DNA from: Lingula anatina
Taxonomy: Eukaryota; Animalia; Brachiopoda
Length of the DNA: 64,000 nucleotides
NCBI GenBank assembly: GCA_051362555.1
Contig: CM120641.1
Location: forward strand, 5,890,001 to 5,954,000
Direction of reading: 5' to 3'
This document shows, one piece after another, positions 1 through 12,416 of this stretch. The translations under genes were made by a program, and so were the position numbers. Positions within the stretch are counted from its first letter, which is position 1, and every line of letters begins with the position of its first letter. The notes under the pieces were generated by a model. The model did not search any database. It was not told where the DNA came from and worked only from the letters and a program-made list of their open reading frames with translations.

Positions 1-595
1 AAACTTAAATTAGACCTTAACATTATTCACTCATTGTTAATTTATGATTTAGGAGAAAGGTACAAAATATTTAAGGCATCGATACCATTACTTATAATAA
101 ACACGGTTTTTGCTAATAAGAATTTTTAATTTCTTTTCTGTCTCCTCTATGCTCGTTATGATTTGCACAAATTTCCAAAAAGAGAAAGCGTCCAATTTTC
201 TTACTGAATGGTGAAAACAATGCTGGCATCAATGTCACTTTAAATGATGAAAAATAATAACCCCAAAAAAGCAACTGCAGTGGAAAATTATTATAAACTA
301 GAAAAGCACTTGGAATGTAACTAATTTTAAAAATATATGATTGATTGATGAGGTTTCTGTTGCTTTGTCATAGGACAAGATCGTCCTGGAATGTTACTCT
401 ATATATTATTTGGTCAAGAGTTGAATGGCAGGTTCTTGGACATAATTCACATAGCTAGGTCTGTTGAAAATAAAAACCTTTCTATACACATACATGGATC
501 CAAGTCTTTGCATTTGCATACCAGTATTATAGTACACATAGATAATCATTCCTTCTGACAAGCAAGGGCAAAACTCTTACTTAAAGGTACTTCTG

Positions 596-1619
596 TCAAA
601 TATTTGGATCATTGAACACACTTTTAGCTATGTTTTTCATGGTGCTATATCTCTGCCTAGGAGACTGGCTCTTGGACGCCTCGTAGTTCTCATACATGGC
701 TTCAATCAGCTGCTTGATATGCAATATTTTCTCTTGATAATCACTTGCTTCCATTTCCATGTTAACAGTGAGTGCCTGTACTTCTTTTTTGGAGTTTTCT
801 GCAAAATAAGTTTGATGATGCAATAATGTCATCATTTGAATAATGTTTTTTTTTTTTATTGTGTCTGCCTGTGTTGAGCTCAGTGAAATGTTTTAGAAGA
901 TCATGAAACCATGTAAGGCCTTTTTATATCAAGTATTATATTTCAAAAGTTCCATCTGTAGCAGTATGTTTTGAAAAGTCTTACAATAATTACACTACAA
1001 GACATTGAATTCCCTTCACAAGTTCACTTTCTATGATTGGGCAGAATTTCTAACTGGAGTGTGCTCTTTTTAATACTCAAAAGCTCACATGCTGATACAT
1101 GTATGTACATGTACCCAGGTCCGTAGCCAGGAGAGGATTCAGGTACAAGAAGGTTTCACGGTTAAAAGTCCACTTTTTCAGAAAATACCCCCCCCCCCCC
1201 CCCCGCGCCTTTTGAAATTGCTGGCTATGGGCCTGGTGCCAATCAAAATTAATTTTTTGTTCCAGCCAAAGTTGGGCAGATCGTGAAGATGGCAATATTG
1301 TACCTAGTTTGTATCTTGCAGCCAGCATTGACCTGTCTCTCAGTTGCTGTACTTTTTCTGCTAGGTCCCTGGATCCTGCCAGCATCCCCACACTTTCAGT
1401 GGCAGCTCCGCTACTTTCTTGTTCCATCCTCTGAAAGTGATCATAGCAGGTTTTTATCATGTCTTTTAGTTGTCTATATCTGCATATGGGAAGACCATGT
1501 TTTGCTCTCTGGAAATGCTGTGACAATTCATCCACCAGTGCTTTATATTGATTGTACTTTGCTTCAAGTTGATCTCTTTCTGCATGGACTCTTGCAGCTG
1601 TGTTCTCTGTCCTTCCCAT
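596..1619 (-). CDS. Unknown helical/coiled-coil protein, paralog A (172 aa); coding exons 1619-1304 and 798-596; probable 5' non-coding exon ending at 1761 and acceptor at 1653
   Basis: ORFs 1077-1619 and 596-835 join via GT (1303) and AG (800-799) in phase 1 to read ...ARYKL-ENSKKEVQAL...SVFNDPNI*. 316+203=519 nt. Strong similarity to paralog B and the same exon structure as B and C. Confidence 0.85.
1116..1235. mobile_element. Non-autonomous DNA transposon (MITE) in the intron of paralog A
   Basis: Termini CAGGTCCGTAGCCAG ... CTGGCTATGGGCCTG (13/15 inverted match), flanked by GTACC/GTGCC (5-bp TSD, one mismatch), with an internal C-run. Not seen in the paralog B intron. Confidence 0.7.
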
Positions 1620-4403
1620 GATGAGCTCCTGTTCCTTAGATCACAACAACCAGCTGAAAAATAAAAATATATTATGATATTATACAATAGGAATTACATG
1701 AATGAGAGAAAATATTTTCAATATCAAAATTATTTTGTCACGAAATTAGTTTCATCTTACCTCAACATATGCTGTTCATCACCAGAAAAATAAACAGATG
1801 CTGCTTTAAAATACTACATGATGGTGATAAATTTACACTTTGTACTGATTTCATCATGCCATTTTTCATCCACTGGACACCTTCTTAAAATGTGCATTTA
1901 TGTACACATGTACTATAAAAACCAAGATCACTGTCGGGCTTAAACATTAGTTTATTGTTGATTAAAAAAACTGAATAATTATATTAAAAAATCACAAAAT
2001 GTAAATGTTGCAAATGTTTGACACAATTATAGTAATAAGTAAATAAGGACATATTACATAAACAGTTAAACAAATATAAGTGCTGCACAAGTTCTACTAC
2101 TAGAAAAGCTAAATTTGTGTTTTTGGTTGGTTTGGCCCCTTAAATCCAAACAACCTATCCAGAGGATATCTGTGTTTCATCATTGGATCATCATGGATGG
2201 TGCTTTTCATAGGATAAATCAGCCAATCCAGATTTAATATTGGTGTCTCTAGTTTAATACATGCATTTCTTTGGCCTGTTTTGTAGTGCTTTTCCACGTT
2301 TGACATAGGATGTTAGCTACAGGCACATGTAAGATATTGCTAAAACGACACTTTATGAACAGATAGTTAAGTTGTACAGTTCAAGGAGATAGGATAAATC
2401 TGCAAACTTGCTGGTGAAAATGGCAAATTTCCTTGGCATTACATTTATAAATATTTCATAAACATTTGAGATTAAAGGATTTCAATGCAACACGCACATA
2501 AATAAGGATAATCAAATTAAACAGAAGTAATTTCTCTGTCTTTTGTAGTTGGCCATCTTGCAGAATGTTAGAGACATCAACAGCAAAACAAGGGTATTAT
2601 GGGTATACTTTTTTTCCAAATATGGAATGGATAAATGTTTTGTTAGCAACTATCATGGCTTTTATGATGTTTATAGTAACTATGTTGCATTATGGGAACA
2701 ATTCTTTGAATGTGGTAATAAACAAATTTCTTCTTCACTGGATACTTATTGTGGTGTTATCCAGCTTTTGTGAAACACTACTTAATACAAAGGATCCAGA
2801 GGGTAGCCAATTTATCCAACAGACAGGGATAACTATGATACAGAGTTATCCAGCATTGATGAAACTGGGCCCTGCTAAACTAATGTGCATCTTTTGCAGT
2901 TATCTTATCTACACTTTCTGTAGAGCTACTAGTTTACATCCTAGATGCATGTAGCACAATGTTTTAACTTCAGAGCAAAAAGTTGCTGTAAGTCCAACAA
3001 CTTCTTGCAGACTTTGACGTCTTCTGGCTTATCCATACTGATCCAAACATTAAATCAGACAGTGTATTTCATTCTGTAGTTAAATACATACACAAAAAGA
3101 GTATTTAGAGACTAATATTATATACCAATACTTACCATAAGAGTTTGGGTGTAACTGGAAATGTCCCTTGACCCTCTATCAAGTGAAAACCAGGTCATTT
3201 TCTGAAGTGCTGCCCCCTTGGTGTTTTTTGCAAAATCCAGGCCATCATCATCATCATACCACTGGCACCTACTACTTTGGGAAATAACAGATAGTACTAT
3301 GTCTACGAGTTGGGACTACTGTACACTTTTGCTGCAAAGTCTCTGTCAAGCCAGTTCAGGGTTGATTACAGTGTTGCTTCCATTTTAATATATATATTCT
3401 GATCACTGTTTTTCTGCGTTGTTACTGATGCCATCCAAAATATCACTCATAATAACTACCAAACCATTTCTTGTTTAACTTCACATTTAATAAGTAGAGT
3501 TGTTTGCTTAAGGGTTCCTTTCAAAAATCAGCATGATCAGAATATTTTTATAAAAGTTTTTTTTTTCTTTTTTTGCATGCACATTGCCAATATGGCCCAT
3601 ATGCATTTTCGTTTTTTTTTTATTTTTAGATATTGTTACAATGTTTTTACATACTAGTAGCTATCACCAGTGTCTGTTATTGTTGCCGTTGTCATCATTG
3701 CTTTGCACTTTTCACCATAAACACAATTGACAGAATAATGGATAATCCTGCTACTTATTATCCTCAAACTTTCTGTAATAATTGTAAGACTTAATTGCAG
3801 CTCTAGTTACAAAACCTGCCCTATTGGATTATTTTTGTTTAAGTTATACAATTGTCATTTTACAATATTGTCATTTCCATTGCAAGTCTTTGAACTGCCA
3901 TAGACCTGAAGCCCCGAGCTATAGTTACTTTTTCTGAATGTCCATGTTATTAGTAGTACACAGTTTAAATTTTATACATCTTGTATTGCATCAAAATTGA
4001 CAACCCAACATGTATATTGTGCACTATCATTATTATCTGTTTAATGTCTGTACACGTGACAGCTTTGCTGCCTTGTTTGCTGTGTGCCAGCTTTGCTATC
4101 TAGTGTAAACATTCTCTTTAAAAATAATGCTTGGTTGTCTAAAAAGTAATGCTTAATTAGGTCAGTGTAATCAGGATTTTATTTAATACTGTTGTCTCTA
4201 GTTGAGCACATGTATTTGTTTTCAATGGCCCATTTTGTAAACATTGTTTTGTCTGTAATTGTTATAATTATACAAGGGAATCAGTACTGTTTCACTTTTT
4301 GATAACTTAGTAAACTACCATGAAAAGTTTAGGAACAATTTTGTGTTTGTAACTGTACATATGTCACTTAACTATCTGTTAATCTATAAACAGTAAATAT
4401 ATA

Positions 4404-4678
4404 CAGCCCAGATAGTATGAAGAGTAGAGTGGCCGGGCTACCTAACAGCTTGCTGGCAATGGATAGCAGTGTGCAGTTGGGACAACTGTTCATTGTGATT
4501 AGTCCAGCATTGGGTTCGAAGCAGAAATGTGCAGCTGACCAGTTGGTCTGACATTGGTCTACTGCCACTGTCACTAGCAGACCAACTATAACTGTAGCAC
4601 AAAGGATAACTACTTAGTGGCAGGGGCCCTAATGTCAGGGCTCTAGCAAGTCTAGCGGCATGCTATCTGGGGTCTCTG
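4404..4678. mobile_element. Degenerate MITE-like insertion
   Basis: GC-richer island with imperfect inverted ends CCCAGATAGTATG...TAGAGTGGC and GCAAGTCTA...CATGCTATCTGGG. Confidence 0.45.
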
Positions 4679-5695
4679 TTAACAAAAAAGTCTTTATGCT
4701 TTTGCTCAAAATCTTTTTTATTTGGGTTAGAAAGTTTTAAAAAGTTGAAAAAGTGAAAATGATATTTAAAACAGTATCCTCATCTTGCGAGTTACAGACA
4801 TTTATACTTTTTAGAATAAAAGTCAGTTCCCATGCTTCCATGAATGGGTAGGTATATCAGATCTCATAGGATGTTACATGTAGCTATATGTACCTACAGG
4901 TAGTATACTACAAAAACACCACTTAATGAACTTTCAAAGAGAGATTCCATAAATAACTTTTGTTTTTGTTTTTGGAGAGAGGCAGTCTGACAGGAAAGTC
5001 ACTATGTCATTTAATTGAAATACTTATATACAGTATGTACTCTCTAACAGTGTTCCATGAAACTCTGGACAATAAGACTCCAGGGTCCTGAAGTTTCTGT
5101 CAATCATATTACATGTATCTGAATAAATTGTATTCAAATCTCTTCTTGTTTGCTCCTGTTTTGTTGTTACTCAGTGCCATAGGATTGTTATTTGCCAACT
5201 TTTTTTTTTCATTATTTCCTTTTATATCAACTGGAAAATTTAAAGTTGCCACTTCAAACTTGACCTTTTTTATCACATATCCTCAAATTGTTCTTCATAA
5301 TATACCAGTGCTTTAATTCACACATGTCAGCTTGAATAAAAAACGTACATCTAATGTTCAGTCTGAGTGAAGCCTCCATCACAAATAAGTGAAAAACAAC
5401 TTGTGACAGACCTCCTTATAAAAGTGACAACATTAAACATTATCACCTGGTGATCTTGAGAGATGGTCGACCTGTCTTAATAATTGATATCCCCTCAAAA
5501 TGTTTCTTTGTATAAATGTTATTTGATCAAGAGTTGAATAGAAAGCTTCTGGACAACATTCTGCTGAAAGAAAGGTTGTTATACATAAATATATATACAC
5601 ATATTTATACACTGACATTTTTTGCTTGTTTTTGTGTTGATATATTATATAAAACAGATCCCTTCTGACAAAGAAATGCAAATTTAGTACTTCTG

Positions 5696-6850
5696 TCAAA
5701 TATTTGGATCACTGAACACACTTTTAGCTATGTTTTTCATGGTCTCGTATCTCTGTTTAGGAAACTGGCTCTTGGATGCCTCATAGTTCTCATGCATGGT
5801 TTCAATCAGCTTCTTAATATGCAATACTTTCTTTCGATAATCCTTAACTTGAGATTCCATTTTTTCAGTGAGTGCTCGTACCTCTTCTTTGGAGTTTTCT
5901 GTAAAATAAAACATTAATGTACTTGATAAAATGTCATTGCATTTGACAGATGGGTTTTACTTAAATATGCCTATGAGGAGCTTGATGTTAAAAAAGTACA
6001 AAAAAATCATGAAGCAGTAAATTTTTTTTATGTGCTAGCAGAAGTTTATGCAGTAGCAGTACACGTATCATCTGTTTTCACCAACCAACCAGTTAGGAGA
6101 AAAGCCATTCTCAATATAAGTCATGTTCACAAATGTTCTAACTTAGACCAAGGAAATGTATGTGACATCTTAATTGCTGACAGCAGGGATTGGTCTCACA
6201 AAAGAACTTTAAATCGAAGTTGGTCTTAGCTTCCAGACAGCTATGTAATAAATAGATAATCACTCTGACAAGACAGGACAGTAGGTGTTTACCTAAATGG
6301 AAATGCTAGTCCTGTATTACAAAAAGTAAGCAATGGGTGTCCAATAGCTACTGTATTGTGGTGGACTATTAAACCATATCTTTAATTGAACTAATTGATT
6401 TAACCATACAACCAGAATGCCTCAAGAGTTGAAGACCTCAGTCTCTCAAAAAAAAAAAAGTTTGGTTGTTCCATGATATGTCATAAAGACTATTTCCTGC
6501 CAAATTTTGTAAAACTGTGAACATGACTTTGTTGTACCTTTGTATTTTAAAATCAGTATTTCTCTCTCTTCCACTTGGCGTTCTGTTTCAGCTAGTGCCA
6601 TGGCTGCTCCCATTAATCCCCCACTCCTGGTGGCAGCTCGGATATTTTCTTGTTTCACCTTTTCAAAACCTTCATAGCAGGCTTTAATCATGTCCTTTAG
6701 TTTTTCGTATCTGTCCAGAAAGGCACCACATTTTGCTGTCTGGTAATGCTGTGACAATTCATTTATCAATGTTTTATATTGTTTGTACTGTGCTTCAAGC
6801 TTATCTCTTTCCACATGGACTCTTGCAGCTGCTTCTTCTGTCTTTCCCAT
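5696..6850 (-). CDS. Unknown helical protein, paralog B (171 aa); coding exons 6850-6538 and 5898-5696; probable 5' non-coding exon ending at 7005
   Basis: MGKTEEAAARVHVERDKLEAQYKQYK...LKYK|ENSKEEVRAL...SVFSDPNI*. GT-AG phase-1 intron, 313+203=516 nt. Exon 2 is highly similar to paralog A at the nucleotide level. Confidence 0.85.
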
Positions 6851-7586
6851 GATGAGCTTCTGCTTCCTAAACCAAAGCAACCATCTAGAAAAAATGAAAA
6901 TGGAAATGTATCATGTATAATTATAACAGTCATAATGGCACAAGATAGATAAAATAATATTTGAGACATGGAAAAGCTTCTGTTTCAAATGAACTTCATC
7001 TTACCTCAGTGCTGTTCTATATCTCCATAAAATGAACAGATCTTACTTTAAATACCACATAATGGAGAGAAATATCCACAACATGCAAATCTCATCAGCA
7101 GAATACTTCATTCACTTGAAACCAATATCTTCCTGCATTAAATTGCATTGTGTATATGCAAGCTGTTGCAGAATGACTGATTTTGAATCATACTGTAGCA
7201 TTGGTAAGGAGGCCAAAGCTGGCACCCCGAGGCTCACTGTACATTGGAAATCAGCCTTTGTGATAGGCAATAAGGTGCTGTGCAGCACTGAGCTAGTGGT
7301 AATAACAGAGGCTTTGAAACTCAGGGTGGCAATAGGCAGAAATGATGGTCATACATCTTTAACAAACTGCATTTTCATGAATAATCCATGCAGTGTTGTT
7401 CCAAGCATTAATTTTGCTATGAGATTGATCCAGACTATTTGACATTTGAAAGTTCTTCTAATGGTATTATATGATCATCCATAGTTCCATAAGTGTTTGT
7501 ACAATCTGGTAGTTGTTGAGCAAGTCATAATTTTTTCCATTTATTTTACGTTCAGAAAAACCTTTGCTCTCTCTAAATTTTGTGAA

Positions 7587-7612
7587 TGTGTGTGTGTGTG
7601 TGTGTGTGTGTG
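7587..7612. repeat. (TG)n microsatellite
   Basis: Seen directly. Confidence 0.95.
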
Positions 7613-9977
7613 AAATCTTGTTACTTTATAACCCAGAGATAAAAGCGAGTAATCCAAGCAAATCTGGACTGCACAAATGACACAAATTAGATGCCAAAGC
7701 TGAAGTCAATAATAGCCATTTGTATCTCCCTCAAAACATTACTTAGTGACATTAAAGTCAACCAGGGTATGATGCAAAAACATGAAGATTTATAGTGGTT
7801 GTATCTTATTATCTCATATCAATATTTTCCATATATGTTCTAACTGTTGTGCCAATTAAATTAACAAATTAACAATTATGGCAGTGGTAAAGCTGAGAGA
7901 TATTGCTTGCTGTTACTTTTATATTACTAAATGAAGCTAATTAATTTAGGAACTTATTCTGACCCTTTTTCACTATCAAAATTAATTTCATAACATTTTT
8001 CTGTCATATTCAATGAATTAAGGTCTGGGGTTGTTGAAAGGTTAAAGCAGCTCTTGAGTAATCAAAAACTTCAGCTGTCAAAATATTTCCTGTATAAAAT
8101 TTACATTTTTTCATGTGAAAGGGACAACATACAGTATGGGATTACAGTATAATGAAATCACAGTGAACCATTTTTCATGTGGTGGACAAGTTTCTACCAC
8201 TTACAGACTATATTATCCATATTTAAACTCATTATAAACATTCAGTCAACTATTTAGTTTGAAATCTTGGCTTAAGCTAAGTGAACAGCTATATGTAACA
8301 ATGTAATCTATGACTATTAATGTTATATGCCTGTGAACAGGGAGTATATTTTCATTACTTACAAAAGGGGACAACATGCCTTTGGACATGGCCAATCTAA
8401 ATAGAAAATAGGATGATATATGGCAATATGACAACACCTTGCACTGTCTTGTTACACATTCCCTTTCTGTCATAGTTTGACATGATTTCATCTCTAAATC
8501 TTTCCACATTGAAGACATTTTATAACTTTGGTACAGGGAAAGATGCCATGAACTAAAAACAAACAGGCTATTAGATTTAAAGCTATTTGACCAATTTATA
8601 CATATTTGTATTATTGGGTTAGTCAACCAAGTGCCTTCTTTCTTTAGAAAAACATAATACAAATTTATATCTTTTCGTGGTTTGAACATTTTAGATGCAT
8701 ATCACTGTGATATATGCAGCAGTAGCACCTGCCCAATACAATAAATGGATACCATCCTCTGGTGGCACATGTCTTGGACCTAAACCAGTTTGGGTTTATT
8801 TTTGTTTTTTCACCCAGCTTTAAAGGGCAACTAATGTGTGATATGTTAAACCTGCCTAGCAGGGTCCACCACAATATTCATCATTTGTATTCAGTATACA
8901 TGTACATGTAAAGCTACTGGACAGGAATACTCTATGGGAGGTTGTTCTGTTTATAGTCAGTGTAAGATAGTATGCAGCGACAGTAAATAAAGATGTCAGC
9001 TGTTTACAAGTGTGTCAGGTCAGTGAGAATACCATTAATAATACCCTGTGTTCAGGAATGTCCAAATAGAATGTGTTTTTTATGAGTTCATTGCGTTGTC
9101 TGTCTGTCTTAAAATGGACAACTGTTAAGCCAGATGTATTTATTCCTTCTATCTGAACTTCAGCAAATTCATCTATTCTAAATGTACACAGAAAAGGGAT
9201 CAAAATACCTAGGTTTTATGCTTCTACTTTTAAAGAAGACCGTACATATCTTTCCCATGCAAGTTATCTCATTCACACTTTTTTACAGAGCTATAAATAT
9301 ATTTTCTGCCTTATTCATACTGATTTATATAGAGTGCTACTGAAATCAACCTAGTGTATTTCTTACTGTACTTTAATTCATAAACCATATGAGCATTCAG
9401 AGACTAATGTAATGTACTTACCATAGCCAGCTTGGGTGTAACTGAAAATGTTCCTTTATCCTCTATCAAGTGAAAACCAGGTCATTTTTCAAGTGCTGCC
9501 CCCTTGGTGTTACCTGAGGAATCCAGCCCATCATCATATTATTATCATTAGCACTCCGTTTGTTGGTAAATAACGGGGGGTTGTGTGTATACTTGCCATT
9601 GTTTCAGTTGTTTAGATTAGTGATTTTAAGTATCTTTGGGTTAAAGTAATATATATTGTAGAATAGAAAATAGATAAAACTATTTAGTAGTAGAGAGATG
9701 TTTCAAGTTTTTTATTAGTTTATTACTTTTTTAGACCGAAAAACAGTAATTTTCATCTTGCGAGGCAATGCTACAGGTATTTTGACTCTTGAGAATATTA
9801 ATCACTCAACAGTAATCCTAGCATAGTAGCAGTGGTCACGCTTCAGTGAAACTACACATAGAGTGGACGTATCAGGTCGTCTAGATTGACGAGAGGCTAC
9901 CAGCCGCCACAGGTAGAATATAACACACCACGGTTCGAGGAGAGATTCCACACATAGCTTTGTTTGGCAGTCTACCC

Positions 9978-10280
9978 AAGCGCCGGATTTAGGGGGATCA
10001 GAATTAAGACTGCCCACACTTTGGTTTTTGAAAAATAAAGCTCAAACCAAAAAGCGTCTACCTGAATAATAGTTCTAAACTGTACCAATTGGCACCGTTT
10101 GCCCTCCAAAGCATGTTTTGTGGGGGAGGGGGGCTTTGAGTGGGCCCCGAACCCCCCACCAAGTTTTTTTTTTTTTTTTTTTTTTTTTTTTGGGGGGGGG
10201 GGGGGGCTTCTCCGACCTCGCAATCCGATCCTGGCATTCCATACCGTCACCCCCTTCAAAAAATCCAGGCTCCGCCCCTG
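9978..10280. mobile_element. MITE of the CAGGGGCGGATCC-terminus type
   Basis: Ends AAGCGCCGGATTT and AATCCAGGCTCCGCCCCTG with a perfect TACCC direct repeat on both flanks. Internal AACTGTACCAATTGGCACCGTTTGCCCTC and CCCCCTTCAAA are shared with the copy at 19462-19724. Confidence 0.75.
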
Positions 10281-12370
10281 TACCCTGGGTGACAGTGAAG
10301 TCACTGTGTCATTTCAGCAAAGCATGTGCTGGTCGGTGTCAGTTCTGAGAAACTTAAAACGGTAACACTACAAAGTTTTCGATCATGTCCTCATTTAAAG
10401 AAATCGTTTTCATTTTTTTTCTTATTTGCTCCCTTTTTCATGTTCAGTGCCGTAAGTCTATTTATTATTATTATTGTTGTTGTTGTAACTTATTTATTTA
10501 TTTATTTCAATATCGTAAGTTGCCAAAACTTAATCTGATTTGTCGCACACTCCCAATTTTCTCTTCATTACATAACACATATGCGTGATTGAAAATATCT
10601 CCTGGTACGTCTTGTTTTTAGTTTGATTTAGGTTGACTACATACAATAGTGGAATATGAAAGATCTCGGGCATTAAAACACCCGTTATCACTTCGAACGC
10701 TATCACTTTGTGATCGAGAGAGATGTATCGATTACAAATACCCATTACGTGATTTAGGCCAAAGAAATAGAGCACAGAAGTCATTAACCAGAGATATAAG
10801 GAGAAGGTGTCCTTCTGTTGGGACTGTAGCTATATTTGTAAACCAAAAGAAATAGAAATGCACAAGAAATGGTTTTAAATGACAGATAGAAATGTGTGTA
10901 GGCCGAGCTCCTACAAATGAAACTGAACGTCGTGGAAGTAAATGACAAGCGCGAAAGGTGAGGGCGATCTATTATCGTCCATCTGCTTATTTACTTTTGA
11001 CAGTTATGGTTGCAAGTCGAGAAAAAATCTGATTTCTTGAGATTCTCATCAATTTCAAGATCATTCTGACCATTATCCTTTTGAACCTCCAACATGGTGT
11101 ATAAAACACGCGTTTGACGTTATTTTTTTTTTAATTGCCCTAGTTAGTACGGTAGCATATATTCCTAGTAGTATTTTCACGACGCAATAGAAATGCAATT
11201 TTTGAGCAGCGGTAGTAATTTAGGTACTTACAAATATTGTTATTTGCCCTTGAGACGGAGAAAAATATACCCCGCAGCATGATGCAGTCATTTAAGGCAT
11301 TTAAACTACCACAAATTGTCTTTTGTGGGAGCGTTGTCTAGATCGAAGCCCGTTGCTTCAAGATTAGACTCTTGATTTTCTTATTTAACCTTGATCTTTT
11401 TCTGGAGGTGATTTGGCAGACGTATTGATCTATGAGCATTCTTAACAATTTTCTTGAGGTAATAGGGCTGAAATGCTTATTATTAGCCTTACGACACGAA
11501 TTTCGATCTTTTTACGACAGAATATTAAGATTTTAAACGCATAGTGACAAATTATACATTTTTGTCATGACTGTTAAGACTCGTCAATCCTTGCAAACAA
11601 TTTTAATACTAGGATCATAAAAGAAATTCATTTGAACTATATGTCACATTTTTGATAAAGAAAACAGGACTGATCGATGCATTTTCTTTATTTTCCGGTC
11701 ATTATTATTATTAAGGTTATGTTGTCAAAATATTGTTATACTGGTTCAACTTTTTACTACACTTGGCAAGGCTGTTCAAAGGATAACAAGATCGATCTAA
11801 TAGTACTGACAGACATAAGAGTGCAGAACTATCATCGTGAAATTCTCTGAAAACGGATTTTAATCGCGATACCCCCCCCCCCCCCCCCACTGCCCAAACG
11901 TCAAGTTAACGTTATCCATTCATATACAGTCTATCTAGCTGTGTTTTGCCAGATGATTCACTAATAAGATCCTTACATATGAGATCTCAAATTTCGATCG
12001 CCTTTTTTTCATGAATTAGTCTTCTTAAAAATACGCTACATATTATATAATATTAATAGTTATCAATTTTCAAGATTTGTTTGGAAAAATTAAAATGTAA
12101 TCCTTTTTCTTGAAGCGTTATTACACCGATAGAATAAAGGTAGGTCTAAAATCTTGGTTTTTAGCAGGCTTGACCGTCGAGGAATAGTGATGCTCTGCAC
12201 TAAACCTAAGTCCCAAGGAGAAAATACCCCAGTGGCACTCAGTTTCAAAGCCAGAGGTAGAATACCCGTTTATTTCAGCATATGCTTGCCATCTTAACTG
12301 TATGACATGACTTGTTTATGAGACTGATAGGTGGGCTGACGATTTCACATTTTTTGCACTTAAGCCAGTA

Positions 12371-12373
<3 letters not shown>

Positions 12374-12414
<41 letters not shown>
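12374..12414. repeat. (GT)n microsatellite
   Basis: Seen directly. Confidence 0.95.

Positions 12415-12416
<2 letters not shown>

Larger units (their letters stand above)
395..9800. repeat. ~5-kb tandem segmental duplication carrying paralogs A and B
   Basis: Homologous blocks at ~395-800 vs ~5505-5900 (stop codons 596 vs 5696), 1304-1870 vs 6538-7120, 3105-3260 vs 9395-9540 and 4768-4817 vs 9739-9797. Intervening sequence is diverged or contains insertions. Confidence 0.8.

Noticed and set aside
9972-10365. ORFs with poly-K, poly-F and poly-G/P runs
   Set aside because: They arise from T and G homopolymers inside a MITE.
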